NCBI GenBank assembly: GCA_001805965.1 | Contig: MHHG01000012.1 | Coordinates: 220-64,219, forward strand | Length of the DNA: 64,000 bases | Direction of reading: 5' to 3' | Origin: Omnitrophica WOR_2 bacterium RIFOXYA2_FULL_38_17 | GTDB lineage: Bacteria > Omnitrophota > Gorgyraeia > Zapsychrales > Zapsychraceae | Shown: one piece after another, positions 29,874-39,052 of the stretch | Layout: each line of letters starts with the position of its first letter | Position numbering within the stretch: position 1 is the first letter of the stretch | The notes under the pieces: model-generated | What the model was told of the DNA's origin: nothing | What the model saw: only the letters and a program-made list of their open reading frames with translations | Database searches by the model: none | Position numbers and translations under genes: made by a program

Positions 29874-30143
29874 TCACAAAACCATTTTTACTCCTTCAAC
29901 ATTCAGAAGGTCAGAGTTAACCTTACACATTTCCTCTTTGGACTTAACATTAATATCAACACCAAAGCTAAGGTAGTTGCTTTTATTAGATTTATTCCCA
30001 TCTTGAAGTTTGGTTTTTACTTCAAACTTTTTAAGTACTGATTCAATATCAACACTTATTTCATTTCGGTTAACAGCAATTATTCTGTAATGGCAAATTA
30101 TAGGGAATTGCAATTTTGGGACTGAAGGCAATCTTTCAGACAT
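29874..30143 (-). CDS. DUF493/YbeD-like small protein
   Basis: 89 aa. LQFPIICHYRIIAVN resembles the YbeD FPCxFxxKVMG motif and the size matches. Confidence 0.4.
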   Translation of the reverse strand: MSERLPSVPKLQFPIICHYRIIAVNRNEISVDIESVLKKFEVKTKLQDGNKSNKSNYLSFGVDINVKSKEEMCKVNSDLLNVEGVKMVL

Positions 30144-30485
30144 TATTTTTTATTCTCCAGTAGTTCAATTTTATATCCATCTGGATCTTCAATGAAGTCT
30201 ATAACCGTTGTTCCATTCTTCATTTGGCCAGTTTCAAGCACGACCTTACCGCCATTTTCCTTAATCAAATCGCACCCTTTATAAAGCATATTCCTTAGTA
30301 TCCCAATTATAAATCAATTCTAGGACAGTTAAATTCAGTTCATCTGCATATCCTAAAAAAGCCAAAGTAAATTTACGGGTCGGAAGAGCTTTCTTCCTTA
30401 AAATTTTTATTCCAAGAACATTAGCATAAAAATCAATCGATCTATCGAGATCTGTTACTCTGATCACCACAGGCAGCATTCTCAT
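30143..30485 (-). pseudogene. gloA: Disrupted glyoxalase I (lactoylglutathione lyase) gene, with frameshift and internal deletion
   Basis: The N-terminal part (MRMLPVVIRVTDLDRSIDFYANVLGIKILR...[12 protein letters not shown]) ends at a stop at 30279. The C-terminal part (...[43 protein letters not shown]) continues in another frame to a stop at 30143. Compared with GloA, about 20 aa including the GHIA metal-ligand region are missing, and the first metal-ligand His is replaced by Pro. Confidence 0.45.
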
Positions 30486-30633
30486 AAATAGCTCATTTTT
30501 ATAATTGCAGACATTATACTTCAAGGCAATTGTATTTACAATAGCCCCAGCATCTCAGTATAATTTATATGTTGAGGCATATAAAGCAATTGGGTATAAT
30601 GAAATAAAATTAGAATTCTTCCTAAAAAGAAAA

Positions 30634-31377
30634 ATGTACAAATTAAAAAGTATTTCAATAAAAACGCAGCTTTACTTGTTTCTTTTTTGCTTTCTTGCAA
30701 TAATTTCCTTCAATGAAAGGTCTTTCAACTCAATATCAAAAGGGCTCATTGCTCTTCTGGTATCCGCTCTATTAGATTTGGCTTTATTTTATATCAGAGA
30801 AAAACGTCCCAAGATAACAGAAAGCTCCTTAATTACAGGGTTAATTATTGGATTTGTCCTTTCATCAGACATGAGCTGGTGGGCTTTTGCTCTAGCTTCG
30901 TTATTAGCAATTATGTCAAAGCATATTATACGCTATAAAAATAAGCACGTATTTAATCCGGCTGCATTTGGGATCTTTTTTACAATTCTAATCACCAATG
31001 GATATACTCAATGGAAAGGCGCTTATGACTGGGCTATCATAATTCCGTTCGGGCTTTATTTTGCATTTAAAATGAAGAAGCTTTTATTGGTCATTATTTA
31101 CTTCATTCTCTCTCTAATACTGTATTCATTTGAAGCTAGCTTCGATAAAGCATCGTTCATAAACTCAATACTCTATGCAAATTATTTCTTCATGTTTATA
31201 ATGCTTACCGAGCCAAAAACATCTCCATTTAAAAACAGACAAAAGATGATCATATCCGCGATTATTGCCATTGCATCATTTTTACTTTATTTATTAAAAT
31301 TCCCTTATGACCCCGTGTTGCCTTCATTGTTAATTGGCAATTTGTTATTTTGCATAATGAGCCAGGTTAAAAAGTGA
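30634..31377 (+). CDS. Integral membrane protein with HVFNPAAFG motif (weakly RnfD/NqrB-like)
   Basis: About 248 aa from the ATG at 30634; the track ORF starts upstream at 30505 inside the opposite-strand pseudogene region. It has 7-8 TM helices. The FNPA motif is shared with NQR2/RnfD/RnfE family subunits, but no partner Rnf genes are nearby. Confidence 0.3.
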   Translation: MYKLKSISIKTQLYLFLFCFLAIISFNERSFNSISKGLIALLVSALLDLALFYIREKRPKITESSLITGLIIGFVLSSDMSWWAFALASLLAIMSKHIIRYKNKHVFNPAAFGIFFTILITNGYTQWKGAYDWAIIIPFGLYFAFKMKKLLLVIIYFILSLILYSFEASFDKASFINSILYANYFFMFIMLTEPKTSPFKNRQKMIISAIIAIASFLLYLLKFPYDPVLPSLLIGNLLFCIMSQVKK

Positions 31378-31446
31378 TTTTGGATTTGTAATTGTTTTGT
31401 TCGCTACTTTTAGGTGGGGAAAATATTATTGATTTAACAAACTGAC

Positions 31447-31647
31447 CTACCATGCTCCGCCATCTTGTAACTCTAATTTAAAAAAAACCGAACTGTGTGT
31501 ATTAATAATCTCGCCATTGCCTGTTTCACTTACAACTTTAATAAGGCAATCTTTACACTCTGTTACTTCAAGATTAGATATAAGAAACAACTTTCCGCCT
31601 TCAGACATTGTGATTTTAACCTTTCTTCCAATTAATTCAGCCAGCAT
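31447..31647 (-). CDS. Small hypothetical protein (66 aa)
   Basis: An ORF downstream of the receiver-domain gene on the same strand. No motif recognised. Confidence 0.25.
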   Translation of the reverse strand: MLAELIGRKVKITMSEGGKLFLISNLEVTECKDCLIKVVSETGNGEIINTHSSVFFKLELQDGGAW

Positions 31648-31680
31648 ATTAGCTCCTTTTAAAATTTTTAAAATGTTCGG

Positions 31681-32076
31681 CTAATTGTTCAGCAATTCCT
31701 CTATAATAGTCATAAACTTATCCTTTTCAACATATCCGTCATAATCAGTATTTACAAGATCAAGGTTAAAAGCATCCTTTGGATATGCGCTCAAAAAATA
31801 TATTTTAGTTTTTGGGAACTTATCTTTTATCCTATTAGAAGCATGAATCCCTGCATTTCTATAGTCCATTTTTATATCCAAAAAAGCAACATCTGGATGC
31901 AACGTATAAGCTTTAATAATAGCTTCTTGACTGTTGTGCGCAACAGCGATAACATCATGCCCAAGCATCTCTATTACAGTCTTATAAAGCTGGACAGAAT
32001 CTTCATCGTCATCAGCGATAAGCACTCTTTTAATCATAATTTTTCTTTCTTCTAAACAAACGTTTTCTAAATTCAT
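31681..32076 (-). CDS. Single-domain response regulator (CheY-like receiver)
   Basis: 131 aa with VLIADDDEDSVQLY...DVAFLDIKMD, giving the acid pocket and the phospho-accepting Asp. Confidence 0.7.
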   Translation of the reverse strand: MNLENVCLEERKIMIKRVLIADDDEDSVQLYKTVIEMLGHDVIAVAHNSQEAIIKAYTLHPDVAFLDIKMDYRNAGIHASNRIKDKFPKTKIYFLSAYPKDAFNLDLVNTDYDGYVEKDKFMTIIEELLNN

Positions 32077-32205
32077 ATTTATTTTTATACTCTTTTTTAT
32101 TCTTTTGTCAATTTATAAAAGCTTATAATCGCCTTAAAAGCTGGCTATCCTGCAACAAGTAAAATAATATTTAAATAAATCTATTGTTTTAAAAACCTGC
32201 TACTT

Positions 32206-32646
32206 TCAATTCACAAACGGGTCATCACCGCTGACCTTTATTAACATCCAATGTTTTTTATAATCCTTAAACACGAATTCCGCGTTGCCAGAAAGATCGT
32301 TTACATTAGCATTTGAATATTTATTGCGTTTCTTATTCCATTTTATCTTAACAGTTAAAATATCATCTTCTCTCTCTGCGCTGTAAGCAACCGCACTAAA
32401 TTTTATAACATGCTCAGCTGAAGCAGCATTAGAAATATTACTCAAATATTCGTATTTATTTGGAGTAAAATCATTTGATATATAAGGGTCAAGATAGCCA
32501 GGCAAATAATTCTTATAGTTATTGAACATTTCATTAACTATGTTTTGAGCTTCGAATAAGTTCTCACTGCCAGACGGTTCTTTTTCGATCCATGCACACC
32601 CAGCTATAATCGCCATAAAAGCTATAACCAAAATTTTATTTTTCAT
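32206..32646 (-). CDS. Hypothetical lipoprotein
   Basis: 146 aa with a signal peptide and lipobox MKNKILVIAFMAIIAGC. Confidence 0.45.
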   Translation of the reverse strand: MKNKILVIAFMAIIAGCAWIEKEPSGSENLFEAQNIVNEMFNNYKNYLPGYLDPYISNDFTPNKYEYLSNISNAASAEHVIKFSAVAYSAEREDDILTVKIKWNKKRNKYSNANVNDLSGNAEFVFKDYKKHWMLIKVSGDDPFVN

Positions 32647-32767
32647 AATTTTAAAGATTCCGATCTCGTTTAATAAATAATTTTATTACAGTGAAAACAG
32701 TCTACACAAAGTGTATTTTACAGTCAATATAAATCTAATAACCATGCGGATCATCTCTATTTTTGAT

Positions 32768-32795
32768 TTGATATTTAAATCATTAATGATATAAT
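32768..32795 (+). promoter_or_regulatory. Sigma-70-type promoter for the PEPCK gene
   Basis: A -35 TTGATA (32768-32773) is followed by a 16-nt spacer and an extended -10 TGaTATAAT (32787-32795). An AGGAGA RBS lies about 8 nt before the ATG at 32837. Confidence 0.45.
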
Positions 32796-32836
32796 GTGCC
32801 AAAATTACAAGTTGTAATAATTATAGGAGAATATAA

Positions 32837-34738
32837 ATGAGTGCGAATAAAGGCCTAGACTTGATCCTTTCCAAATGCGATGAGCACAACCAAGGCAAAA
32901 TATGTCAAATAAGTAATAATAAAATATTAGCGACTATTGCAGATAGAATCGAACTCTGTAACCCAAAGAATATTTTTATCCACACAGGAAGCGATGCTGA
33001 CTGCGAACACATTAAAAAGATGTCTTTAGCTACCGGTGAAGAGCAAAAGCTAAAAATGGAAGGCCACACTATTCATTTTGACCCTCCAACTGAGCAAGGA
33101 CGAATAGTTAAGCAGACATATGCAATAGAAGATGAAGGTGTATACACTAGCAGTCTTGCCAAAGCTATGCCACGGTCAGAAGCTAATGATATTGTAAAAA
33201 AATACATGAAAAACATCATGACCGGAAGAACAATGATCGTAGGTTTTTATATCAGAGGGCCTATTGGCGCCCCTACTTCCTATGCATCCCTAACCTTTTC
33301 TGACTCTTGGTATCTCGCGCATCAGCAAAACCATCTATACAGAAAAAATCCAGCATATTTTGAAAAGCAAACAGACCTAATAGGGTTTTTCTTTACAAAC
33401 ACTCACAGTAAAGGAAATTTAAATACAAAAGAAGCCTATGTTTTAACTGACAGAAAAAACAAAGAAACATGGGCATGGAACGTGTCGTACCTTGGCAACT
33501 GCGCCTTGATCAAAAAGGGCCACCACCGGCTTGCAAATGATGATGCTATCTATAATCATCGTGGTGAACAGCTTTCAGAGCACATGTTCATTACAGGCAT
33601 TTCAATGAAAGACGGCTCCACAATCTGGATCGATGGAGCAGCTCCTAGCGGATGCGGTAAAACCACTACAGCAATGGCTGGAGATGTTTTTATCGGGGAC
33701 GATCTTGCCCAAATATGGATTGACAGCAAAGGAACTATCCGATCAACAAATCCTGAAATAGGCATTTTTGGCATTATAAAAGATGTAAATATTGAGGGCG
33801 ATCCTCTTCTAATGGAAAGATTAAGAAATCCTGGCTCTACCGTTATTTGGACAAATGTTCTTCTTGCCAACGGTGTTCCCTACTGGGAAGGCAGCCATGA
33901 AAACATACCTGACAGCGGAATCAACCACCAGGGCGAATGGACTAAAGGCAAAACTGACGCACAAGGCAATCTTATACCAATTTCACATCCTAATTCTAGG
34001 TGTACTATCCGAAGCAATCAGTTAAAAAACTTTGATGAAGAGTCAGCAAATGACCCTAAAGGAGTTGACACAAAAGTTTTTACTTATAGCGGCAGGGATC
34101 CTGACACCATGCCTCCTGTTATAGCAGCATTAACTCCTGAAGAAGGTGTTATTTTCGGTGCTGACATTGCATCTGCGACGACAGCAACTGAAGTCGGGGC
34201 AAAAGGCAATATCACGCGCTCACCTTGGGCAAATGCACCATTTTTTCTTGGCGCACTTGGAGATTACATGGATGGACAATTTAAATTCTTTACTAATCCA
34301 AAACTTAAAACTAAGCCAGTTCTTGCCTCCCTTAATTATTTTCTCACTGTTTCATCTCGCGGAGGCGATTCAGACAAACTTCTTGGCGAAAAAAGAGATG
34401 TCAGAGTTTGGCTAACATGGCTGGCTAAATTAGCGAACAAAGAAGTAACTGGCATTAAAACTGCCTTGGGAACTATTCCTTCTTACGATGAATTAAACTC
34501 TATTTTTGAAGAACTTATTCCAAATAAAGGTTACACTAAAGAGCTCTACAACAAACAATTCTCGCTTTACATTGATAATATTATCGCGAGAATCGATATG
34601 CAGGTTGAAGCATACAAAAAAGAGATCAACATCCCAGAAATTTACTTTGAGACACAGGCCAAAAAGAAAGCCAGATTGAATGAACTTAAATCGGCAAAAG
34701 GCGCTATAGTCGTACCAGACCAACTGGCTAATTCATAA
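32837..34738 (+). CDS. pckG: Divergent GTP-type phosphoenolpyruvate carboxykinase family protein
   Basis: 633 aa. The kinase-1a motif AAPSGCGKTTTAMA matches AFPSACGKTNLAMM, IGDDLAQIW matches VGDDIAWM, TNPEIGIFG matches INPENGFFG, TNVLLANGVPYWEG matches TNVAETSDGGVYWEG and SHPNSRCT matches AHPNSRF, all against GTP-PEPCK. Confidence 0.65.
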   Translation: MSANKGLDLILSKCDEHNQGKICQISNNKILATIADRIELCNPKNIFIHTGSDADCEHIKKMSLATGEEQKLKMEGHTIHFDPPTEQGRIVKQTYAIEDEGVYTSSLAKAMPRSEANDIVKKYMKNIMTGRTMIVGFYIRGPIGAPTSYASLTFSDSWYLAHQQNHLYRKNPAYFEKQTDLIGFFFTNTHSKGNLNTKEAYVLTDRKNKETWAWNVSYLGNCALIKKGHHRLANDDAIYNHRGEQLSEHMFITGISMKDGSTIWIDGAAPSGCGKTTTAMAGDVFIGDDLAQIWIDSKGTIRSTNPEIGIFGIIKDVNIEGDPLLMERLRNPGSTVIWTNVLLANGVPYWEGSHENIPDSGINHQGEWTKGKTDAQGNLIPISHPNSRCTIRSNQLKNFDEESANDPKGVDTKVFTYSGRDPDTMPPVIAALTPEEGVIFGADIASATTATEVGAKGNITRSPWANAPFFLGALGDYMDGQFKFFTNPKLKTKPVLASLNYFLTVSSRGGDSDKLLGEKRDVRVWLTWLAKLANKEVTGIKTALGTIPSYDELNSIFEELIPNKGYTKELYNKQFSLYIDNIIARIDMQVEAYKKEINIPEIYFETQAKKKARLNELKSAKGAIVVPDQLANS

Positions 34739-34758
34739 TTATAGACCCATAATAAAAA

Positions 34759-34789
34759 AGCGGGCTTTTAAAAGCCCGCTTTTTTATTT
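34759..34789. terminator. Bidirectional rho-independent terminator
   Basis: A perfect 10-bp GC-rich stem AGCGGGCTTT/AAAGCCCGCT with a 2-nt loop (TA) is followed by TTTTTTATT and preceded by AAAAAA. It serves pckG on the plus strand and the convergent minus-strand operon ending at 34815. Confidence 0.8.
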
Positions 34790-34814
34790 AACAAATATTT
34801 CATTGTTAATCTAA

Positions 34815-35732
34815 TTATTTCCCCTTATCCCTATTTATAATCTTATTTATAAATATTGAAGTAAATCCCAGCCCTATTAACGTTGGGAAAATATGCTCTA
34901 CAAAAGAATACAAGATCCCCAAAGCTAATAATCTTCCAGCTGATGCATATTTTTGAAACAGCAAAATAACCAGCCCCTCTCTCATTCCTAGCCCTAAGAA
35001 TGTTAATGGGATACTGCTCAACAATATAATAATTGGCAGATAAAAAAACACTTCAGAAAAAGGTAAATCAACATTAATAGCTTTTGATAAAAAATAAAAA
35101 CATACTAGCTCTAAGAATCCGAACAAAAGGCTGAAGAGAATTATTTTCTTATTCTTAAAAATATTTTCATTCTCAAAGCACTTTAAAAGTCGTTTTTTAA
35201 ATGTCATTATCCATTTATTCTCAGAAAATAATATTTTGAATTTAACAAAGCAAAGGACTAGGGCTGGCTGATCGCCAGGCAAAGAAACCAAAGCTTTAAT
35301 AAAAACAAAAATCAAACATAAAGACATGAAAAATAACATTGTGAAAAGATTCAGCATATATTCTGCAAATATAGAAAAAACCGAACTTTCATGGTCAATT
35401 CCATTGATTTTTTTTAAGTATAATATACGAGATATTTCACCTATTTTAAGAGGGACTGCGCCAATAATTGGGGCACTACCAACTTTTATAAAAAACGCTT
35501 CTTTATGTGGCAAATGGCATCCCATTACTTTAAGAATAAGTTTCCATCTTATTGATGAGATAAAAAAACCATTGAACAACGCTACCAAAAGGACTAAAAA
35601 TATTAATTTTAAATCTGCAGATCCTACCGTAGCGTAAACCTGGCCTAGGGAAGCTTTTTTTAATAAAATAGAAAAGATAATAACCGTTATCGCAACTGAC
35701 ACTATTGTGCGGAAAGGATCTTTATATGACAT
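34815..35732 (-). CDS. Flippase-like domain membrane protein (lysylphosphatidylglycerol-synthase TM region / UPF0104 family)
   Basis: 305 aa with about 8 TM helices. The N-terminus ...ILLKKASLGQVYATVGSADLKLIFLVLLVALFNGFFISSIRWKLIL is typical of this family. Confidence 0.45.
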   Translation of the reverse strand: MSYKDPFRTIVSVAITVIIFSILLKKASLGQVYATVGSADLKLIFLVLLVALFNGFFISSIRWKLILKVMGCHLPHKEAFFIKVGSAPIIGAVPLKIGEISRILYLKKINGIDHESSVFSIFAEYMLNLFTMLFFMSLCLIFVFIKALVSLPGDQPALVLCFVKFKILFSENKWIMTFKKRLLKCFENENIFKNKKIILFSLLFGFLELVCFYFLSKAINVDLPFSEVFFYLPIIILLSSIPLTFLGLGMREGLVILLFQKYASAGRLLALGILYSFVEHIFPTLIGLGFTSIFINKIINRDKGK

Positions 35733-35798
35733 AAGATTATTGTTTTCTTTTAAAACAAATAAACAAACTGCTCATTACAAAAAAGCATCTTATTCGCC

Positions 35799-36746
35799 CT
35801 AAATATTTTTTAACCATATTTTAATGCTCTTGCTTATACTAGAAACATCAAGATTGTATAATTTTTGCAAGTCGTTTCTATCTCCATAGATCTCACAAAA
35901 TTGATCTGGTATCCCTATAACCTTAAATGAAGGCGTTTTTTTCTGTACTGCGATCAATTCAGAGATCGCAGTTCCTATGCCCCCCGTTACAAAATGTTCT
36001 TCCAATGTTACAAGACATTTAGCATCTTTTACAACTCCCCAAAGCCCTTCTTTATTCATAGGCTTGATCCTGAAAAGATCGATTACACCTACCTCAATTG
36101 ATTGGGAAGAAAGCTTTTTTGCCACTTGTAATGCGCTATAAACCATCCTACCAGTTGCAACAATATATAACTGTTTTGACTTGCTTAAAACAGAAAATCC
36201 TCTAGACAGATCAAATTCAGACTCCTCCTCATATACCAAAGGCAATCCTTCTCTATCCAACCTTATATATCTGGGACCAGATTGATTATCATATTGCCTT
36301 GCCAACAGATCTGCCATTAATCCATCAGCTGGGCTATAAATCTCCATATTAGGCAAAGAACGCATCAACGCAATATCTTCTGTTCCATGATGAGTCGCTC
36401 CAAGCGTTGAGTAATCAAGCCCTGCACCAATACCGACAATACTAACTGGCAGGTTCATGCAACAGAGATCAACTCTTATCTGTTCATAGCATCTCATGGT
36501 TGCAAAAGGCACTATCGCATAAACATATACTATCTTGCCGGTTTGAGCTAACCCTGAAGCAATACCTATCATGTTTTGCTCAGCAATGCCAACATTTATA
36601 TATTGATAAGGAATTTTTTCTTTGAATTCATCATGACATATTGCCCCGGTATCAGATGTTATTAGGATTATATTGCGATTTTTCTTTGCTTCCTCATAAA
36701 GAGATTGAAAGAAAGAATCTCTCATGCCGGCAGTCCAGTGGCTCAT
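35799..36746 (-). CDS. Transketolase, C-terminal (pyrimidine-binding plus C-terminal domain) subunit
   Basis: 315 aa. It matches the split-transketolase second subunit (GIAEQNMIGIASGLA, GATHHGTEDIALMRSLPNM). Confidence 0.8.
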   Translation of the reverse strand: MSHWTAGMRDSFFQSLYEEAKKNRNIILITSDTGAICHDEFKEKIPYQYINVGIAEQNMIGIASGLAQTGKIVYVYAIVPFATMRCYEQIRVDLCCMNLPVSIVGIGAGLDYSTLGATHHGTEDIALMRSLPNMEIYSPADGLMADLLARQYDNQSGPRYIRLDREGLPLVYEEESEFDLSRGFSVLSKSKQLYIVATGRMVYSALQVAKKLSSQSIEVGVIDLFRIKPMNKEGLWGVVKDAKCLVTLEEHFVTGGIGTAISELIAVQKKTPSFKVIGIPDQFCEIYGDRNDLQKLYNLDVSSISKSIKIWLKNI

Positions 36747-37618
36747 TGTAAATCCTCACTTTCTTGATTTAATTCCCTTCGTGCAATATCAAGTTGTTCT
36801 CCAATAGGGACTCGATAATGCCATATCGGACTGTTCTCCATAAATGACACCCCTTTCCCTTTTGTAGTTAAAGCAATTATAGCCAAGGGCTTTGATCTTT
36901 TTTGTTTAGCATTTACCCTGAGCACATGCAATAATTCAGCAAAAGAATGTCCCTGTACACTTATAGCATCCCAGCCAAAAGCCTCCCACTTGTTTTGCAG
37001 CGGAGAAACCGATAAATACTGTTCTAATATCCCTGTCGCAGAAAGCCCATTATGGTCAACAATAGCTATCAAATTATTCAATTTATATTGAGCTGCGAAC
37101 ATTGCAGCCTCCCATACTGACCCTTCATGGCACTCGCCATCCCCCATTAATACAACAGTTGAATAGCCTTTTTTATCCAATTTAGCCCCTAGTGCTAAAC
37201 CAGCACCAATAGACAATCCATGTCCTAATGACCCTGTAAAAGCCTCAACTCCAGGTGTCGAATTTTCCGGATGACAGCCTAAACGATTTCCATTCTTAGC
37301 AAAACCATCTAAATCTGATTTAGGGAAAAATCCAAGATCAGCTAAAATAGCATACAAAGCGGGTGCGGCATGTCCCTTGCTTAAAATAAACCTGTCTCTA
37401 TCCGGCCAGTTATGATCTTTTCCGTTAACACGTAGTATCCCCCCATAATAGAGTGAGACAAGAATTTCCATGCAGGAAAAAGAAGGCGCCACATGGCCGG
37501 CACCAGCGTTAACTGCCATTTCTAAGACTTTTTTTCTTAATCTATTAGCTTTTCCCTTTAGACTTTTAATTTCTTCATTCAATATATTTTTATCTTTTAT
37601 TGTTTTTTCTTCCGCCAT
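36743..37618 (-). CDS. Transketolase, N-terminal (ThDP-binding) subunit
   Basis: 291 aa with GHVAPSFSCMEIL, FILSKGHAAPALYA and the GDGECHEGSVWEA ThDP motif. It overlaps the C-terminal subunit gene by 4 nt. Confidence 0.8.
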   Translation of the reverse strand: MAEEKTIKDKNILNEEIKSLKGKANRLRKKVLEMAVNAGAGHVAPSFSCMEILVSLYYGGILRVNGKDHNWPDRDRFILSKGHAAPALYAILADLGFFPKSDLDGFAKNGNRLGCHPENSTPGVEAFTGSLGHGLSIGAGLALGAKLDKKGYSTVVLMGDGECHEGSVWEAAMFAAQYKLNNLIAIVDHNGLSATGILEQYLSVSPLQNKWEAFGWDAISVQGHSFAELLHVLRVNAKQKRSKPLAIIALTTKGKGVSFMENSPIWHYRVPIGEQLDIARRELNQESEDLQ

Positions 37619-37642
37619 AAAACCTCCCCATAAGAACTTAAT

Positions 37643-39037
37643 TTAGTTTGAAGACATGAAAATGGATTTTAATATGCCATTTATATTTTCATTTACGGTT
37701 CTACATGCTACGAAATATTGAATACGATAACTATACGAAACCCCCTTGTTCTTTTCAAAAAATGCTTTATATAAGCGTACTGGACTTAAAAAATAAATTA
37801 ATGCAAAAAAACGATACAACACATAAATTAATAGCTTCTTACTTCCCCAAAAAACATTAGCCTTTCCAAAAAGATTATATTTTGTACTATCATTTCTACC
37901 GGGCCAATCCTGCCAATAATCCGAACCCGGCCTTGGCTCCAAAATACTTACATGCCATAAAGGTGAGGTTTTTATCAGGAAAAAATAAGTGTTCAGGATT
38001 TCCCGTACAGTTTCATCAAAATATCCAATAACACCATGATTATGTATTAATATTCTTCGCTTATTCAGGCTTTCACATAACTTCTCATTATCTTTGACCG
38101 TATAAGGCTTGCGATATGCTTTCAAAAGCCTCGCATTTGCTGATTCAATACAAACATTAACCTTAACACACCTGCTTTCAGAAAGTAGGTCAAAAGTTGA
38201 TTCATCTTTTATAGAAGCCGACCCAATACCCATACCCCAGTCTAACCCGACATCTTCTTCTATAAGCAACTTGCAAAAAGCACGCAAATTATCTTCATTT
38301 AGCGCGACATCGTCATCTTCTAAAAACACGAAATCAAGATCAAGCTTCTTAGCTATTTTAAACTCATCAACAATCCTTCTTGGAGACTTATGCCTATAGC
38401 GATGTCCCCACATCCTGACAGTCGAACAAAAAGCACAGTTATACACACAACCTCTTGATGTTTCCATACTTATATATCTTAATCCTGATTTCTTAAAGTA
38501 CGGCTCCAGATCAAATTCTGAATAATCATTAAATGGCAAAGTATCTAGATCTTCAATAAGTTCCCGGGGCTTATTTTTAATAATTTTGCCATCGCTCAAG
38601 TACATTAATCCTTTAATATCTTGCAAAGATCGCTTGATCAAACAATATTTTACAAACTCTCTAAAAGTAAGTTCCCCCTCTCCGTAAATAATGAAATCAT
38701 ATCCATGGAATAAAATATCTTCGGGCACTAAAGTCGCATGATTCCCCCCCGAAATCACTATTGTATCTGGATATGTTATTTTAATATCATTTGCATACTG
38801 CATGCAATAAGGTGCAGCATTAGTAAAATTACATGTAATTCCTATAATGTCGTATCTTTTAGATAATATTATATCCAGACCTTTTTTATACTGCACATCA
38901 GTCAAATCTATAAGTTCCATTTCACAGCCAAGCTCTTTGCCAATCAGGTAAAGGTTCATTAAACCCATACTGGGAACGTGCTCATAACATGTATCAACCG
39001 TAGGAACAACTAATAATATTTTCATAATTTTTACCAA
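37643..39037 (-). CDS. B12-binding domain radical SAM enzyme (class B, probable methyltransferase or C-C forming)
   Basis: 464 aa with an N-terminal cobalamin-binding Rossmann region (KILLVVPT...DIIGITC) and the radical SAM motif ETSRGCVYNCAFCS. Confidence 0.8.
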   Translation of the reverse strand: MVKIMKILLVVPTVDTCYEHVPSMGLMNLYLIGKELGCEMELIDLTDVQYKKGLDIILSKRYDIIGITCNFTNAAPYCMQYANDIKITYPDTIVISGGNHATLVPEDILFHGYDFIIYGEGELTFREFVKYCLIKRSLQDIKGLMYLSDGKIIKNKPRELIEDLDTLPFNDYSEFDLEPYFKKSGLRYISMETSRGCVYNCAFCSTVRMWGHRYRHKSPRRIVDEFKIAKKLDLDFVFLEDDDVALNEDNLRAFCKLLIEEDVGLDWGMGIGSASIKDESTFDLLSESRCVKVNVCIESANARLLKAYRKPYTVKDNEKLCESLNKRRILIHNHGVIGYFDETVREILNTYFFLIKTSPLWHVSILEPRPGSDYWQDWPGRNDSTKYNLFGKANVFWGSKKLLIYVLYRFFALIYFLSPVRLYKAFFEKNKGVSYSYRIQYFVACRTVNENINGILKSIFMSSN

Positions 39038-39052
39038 ACAATAACTGTCTTT

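Noticed and set aside
29856-30041. 61-aa plus-strand ORF overlapping the DUF493-like gene.
   Set aside because: It lies antisense to a better-supported minus-strand gene and has a low-complexity hydrophobic translation.
30505-30633. Upstream extension of the plus-strand membrane-protein ORF (MQTLYFKAIVFTIAPASQYNLYVEAYKAIGYNEIKLEFFLKRK).
   Set aside because: It overlaps the opposite-strand glyoxalase pseudogene region and is not hydrophobic. The Met at 30634 begins the first TM helix.
31447-31647. Consideration that the 66-aa ORF plus the adjacent receiver domain might form a toxin-antitoxin or anti-sigma pair.
   Set aside because: No recognisable TA or anti-sigma motifs. It is retained only as a low-confidence hypothetical CDS.
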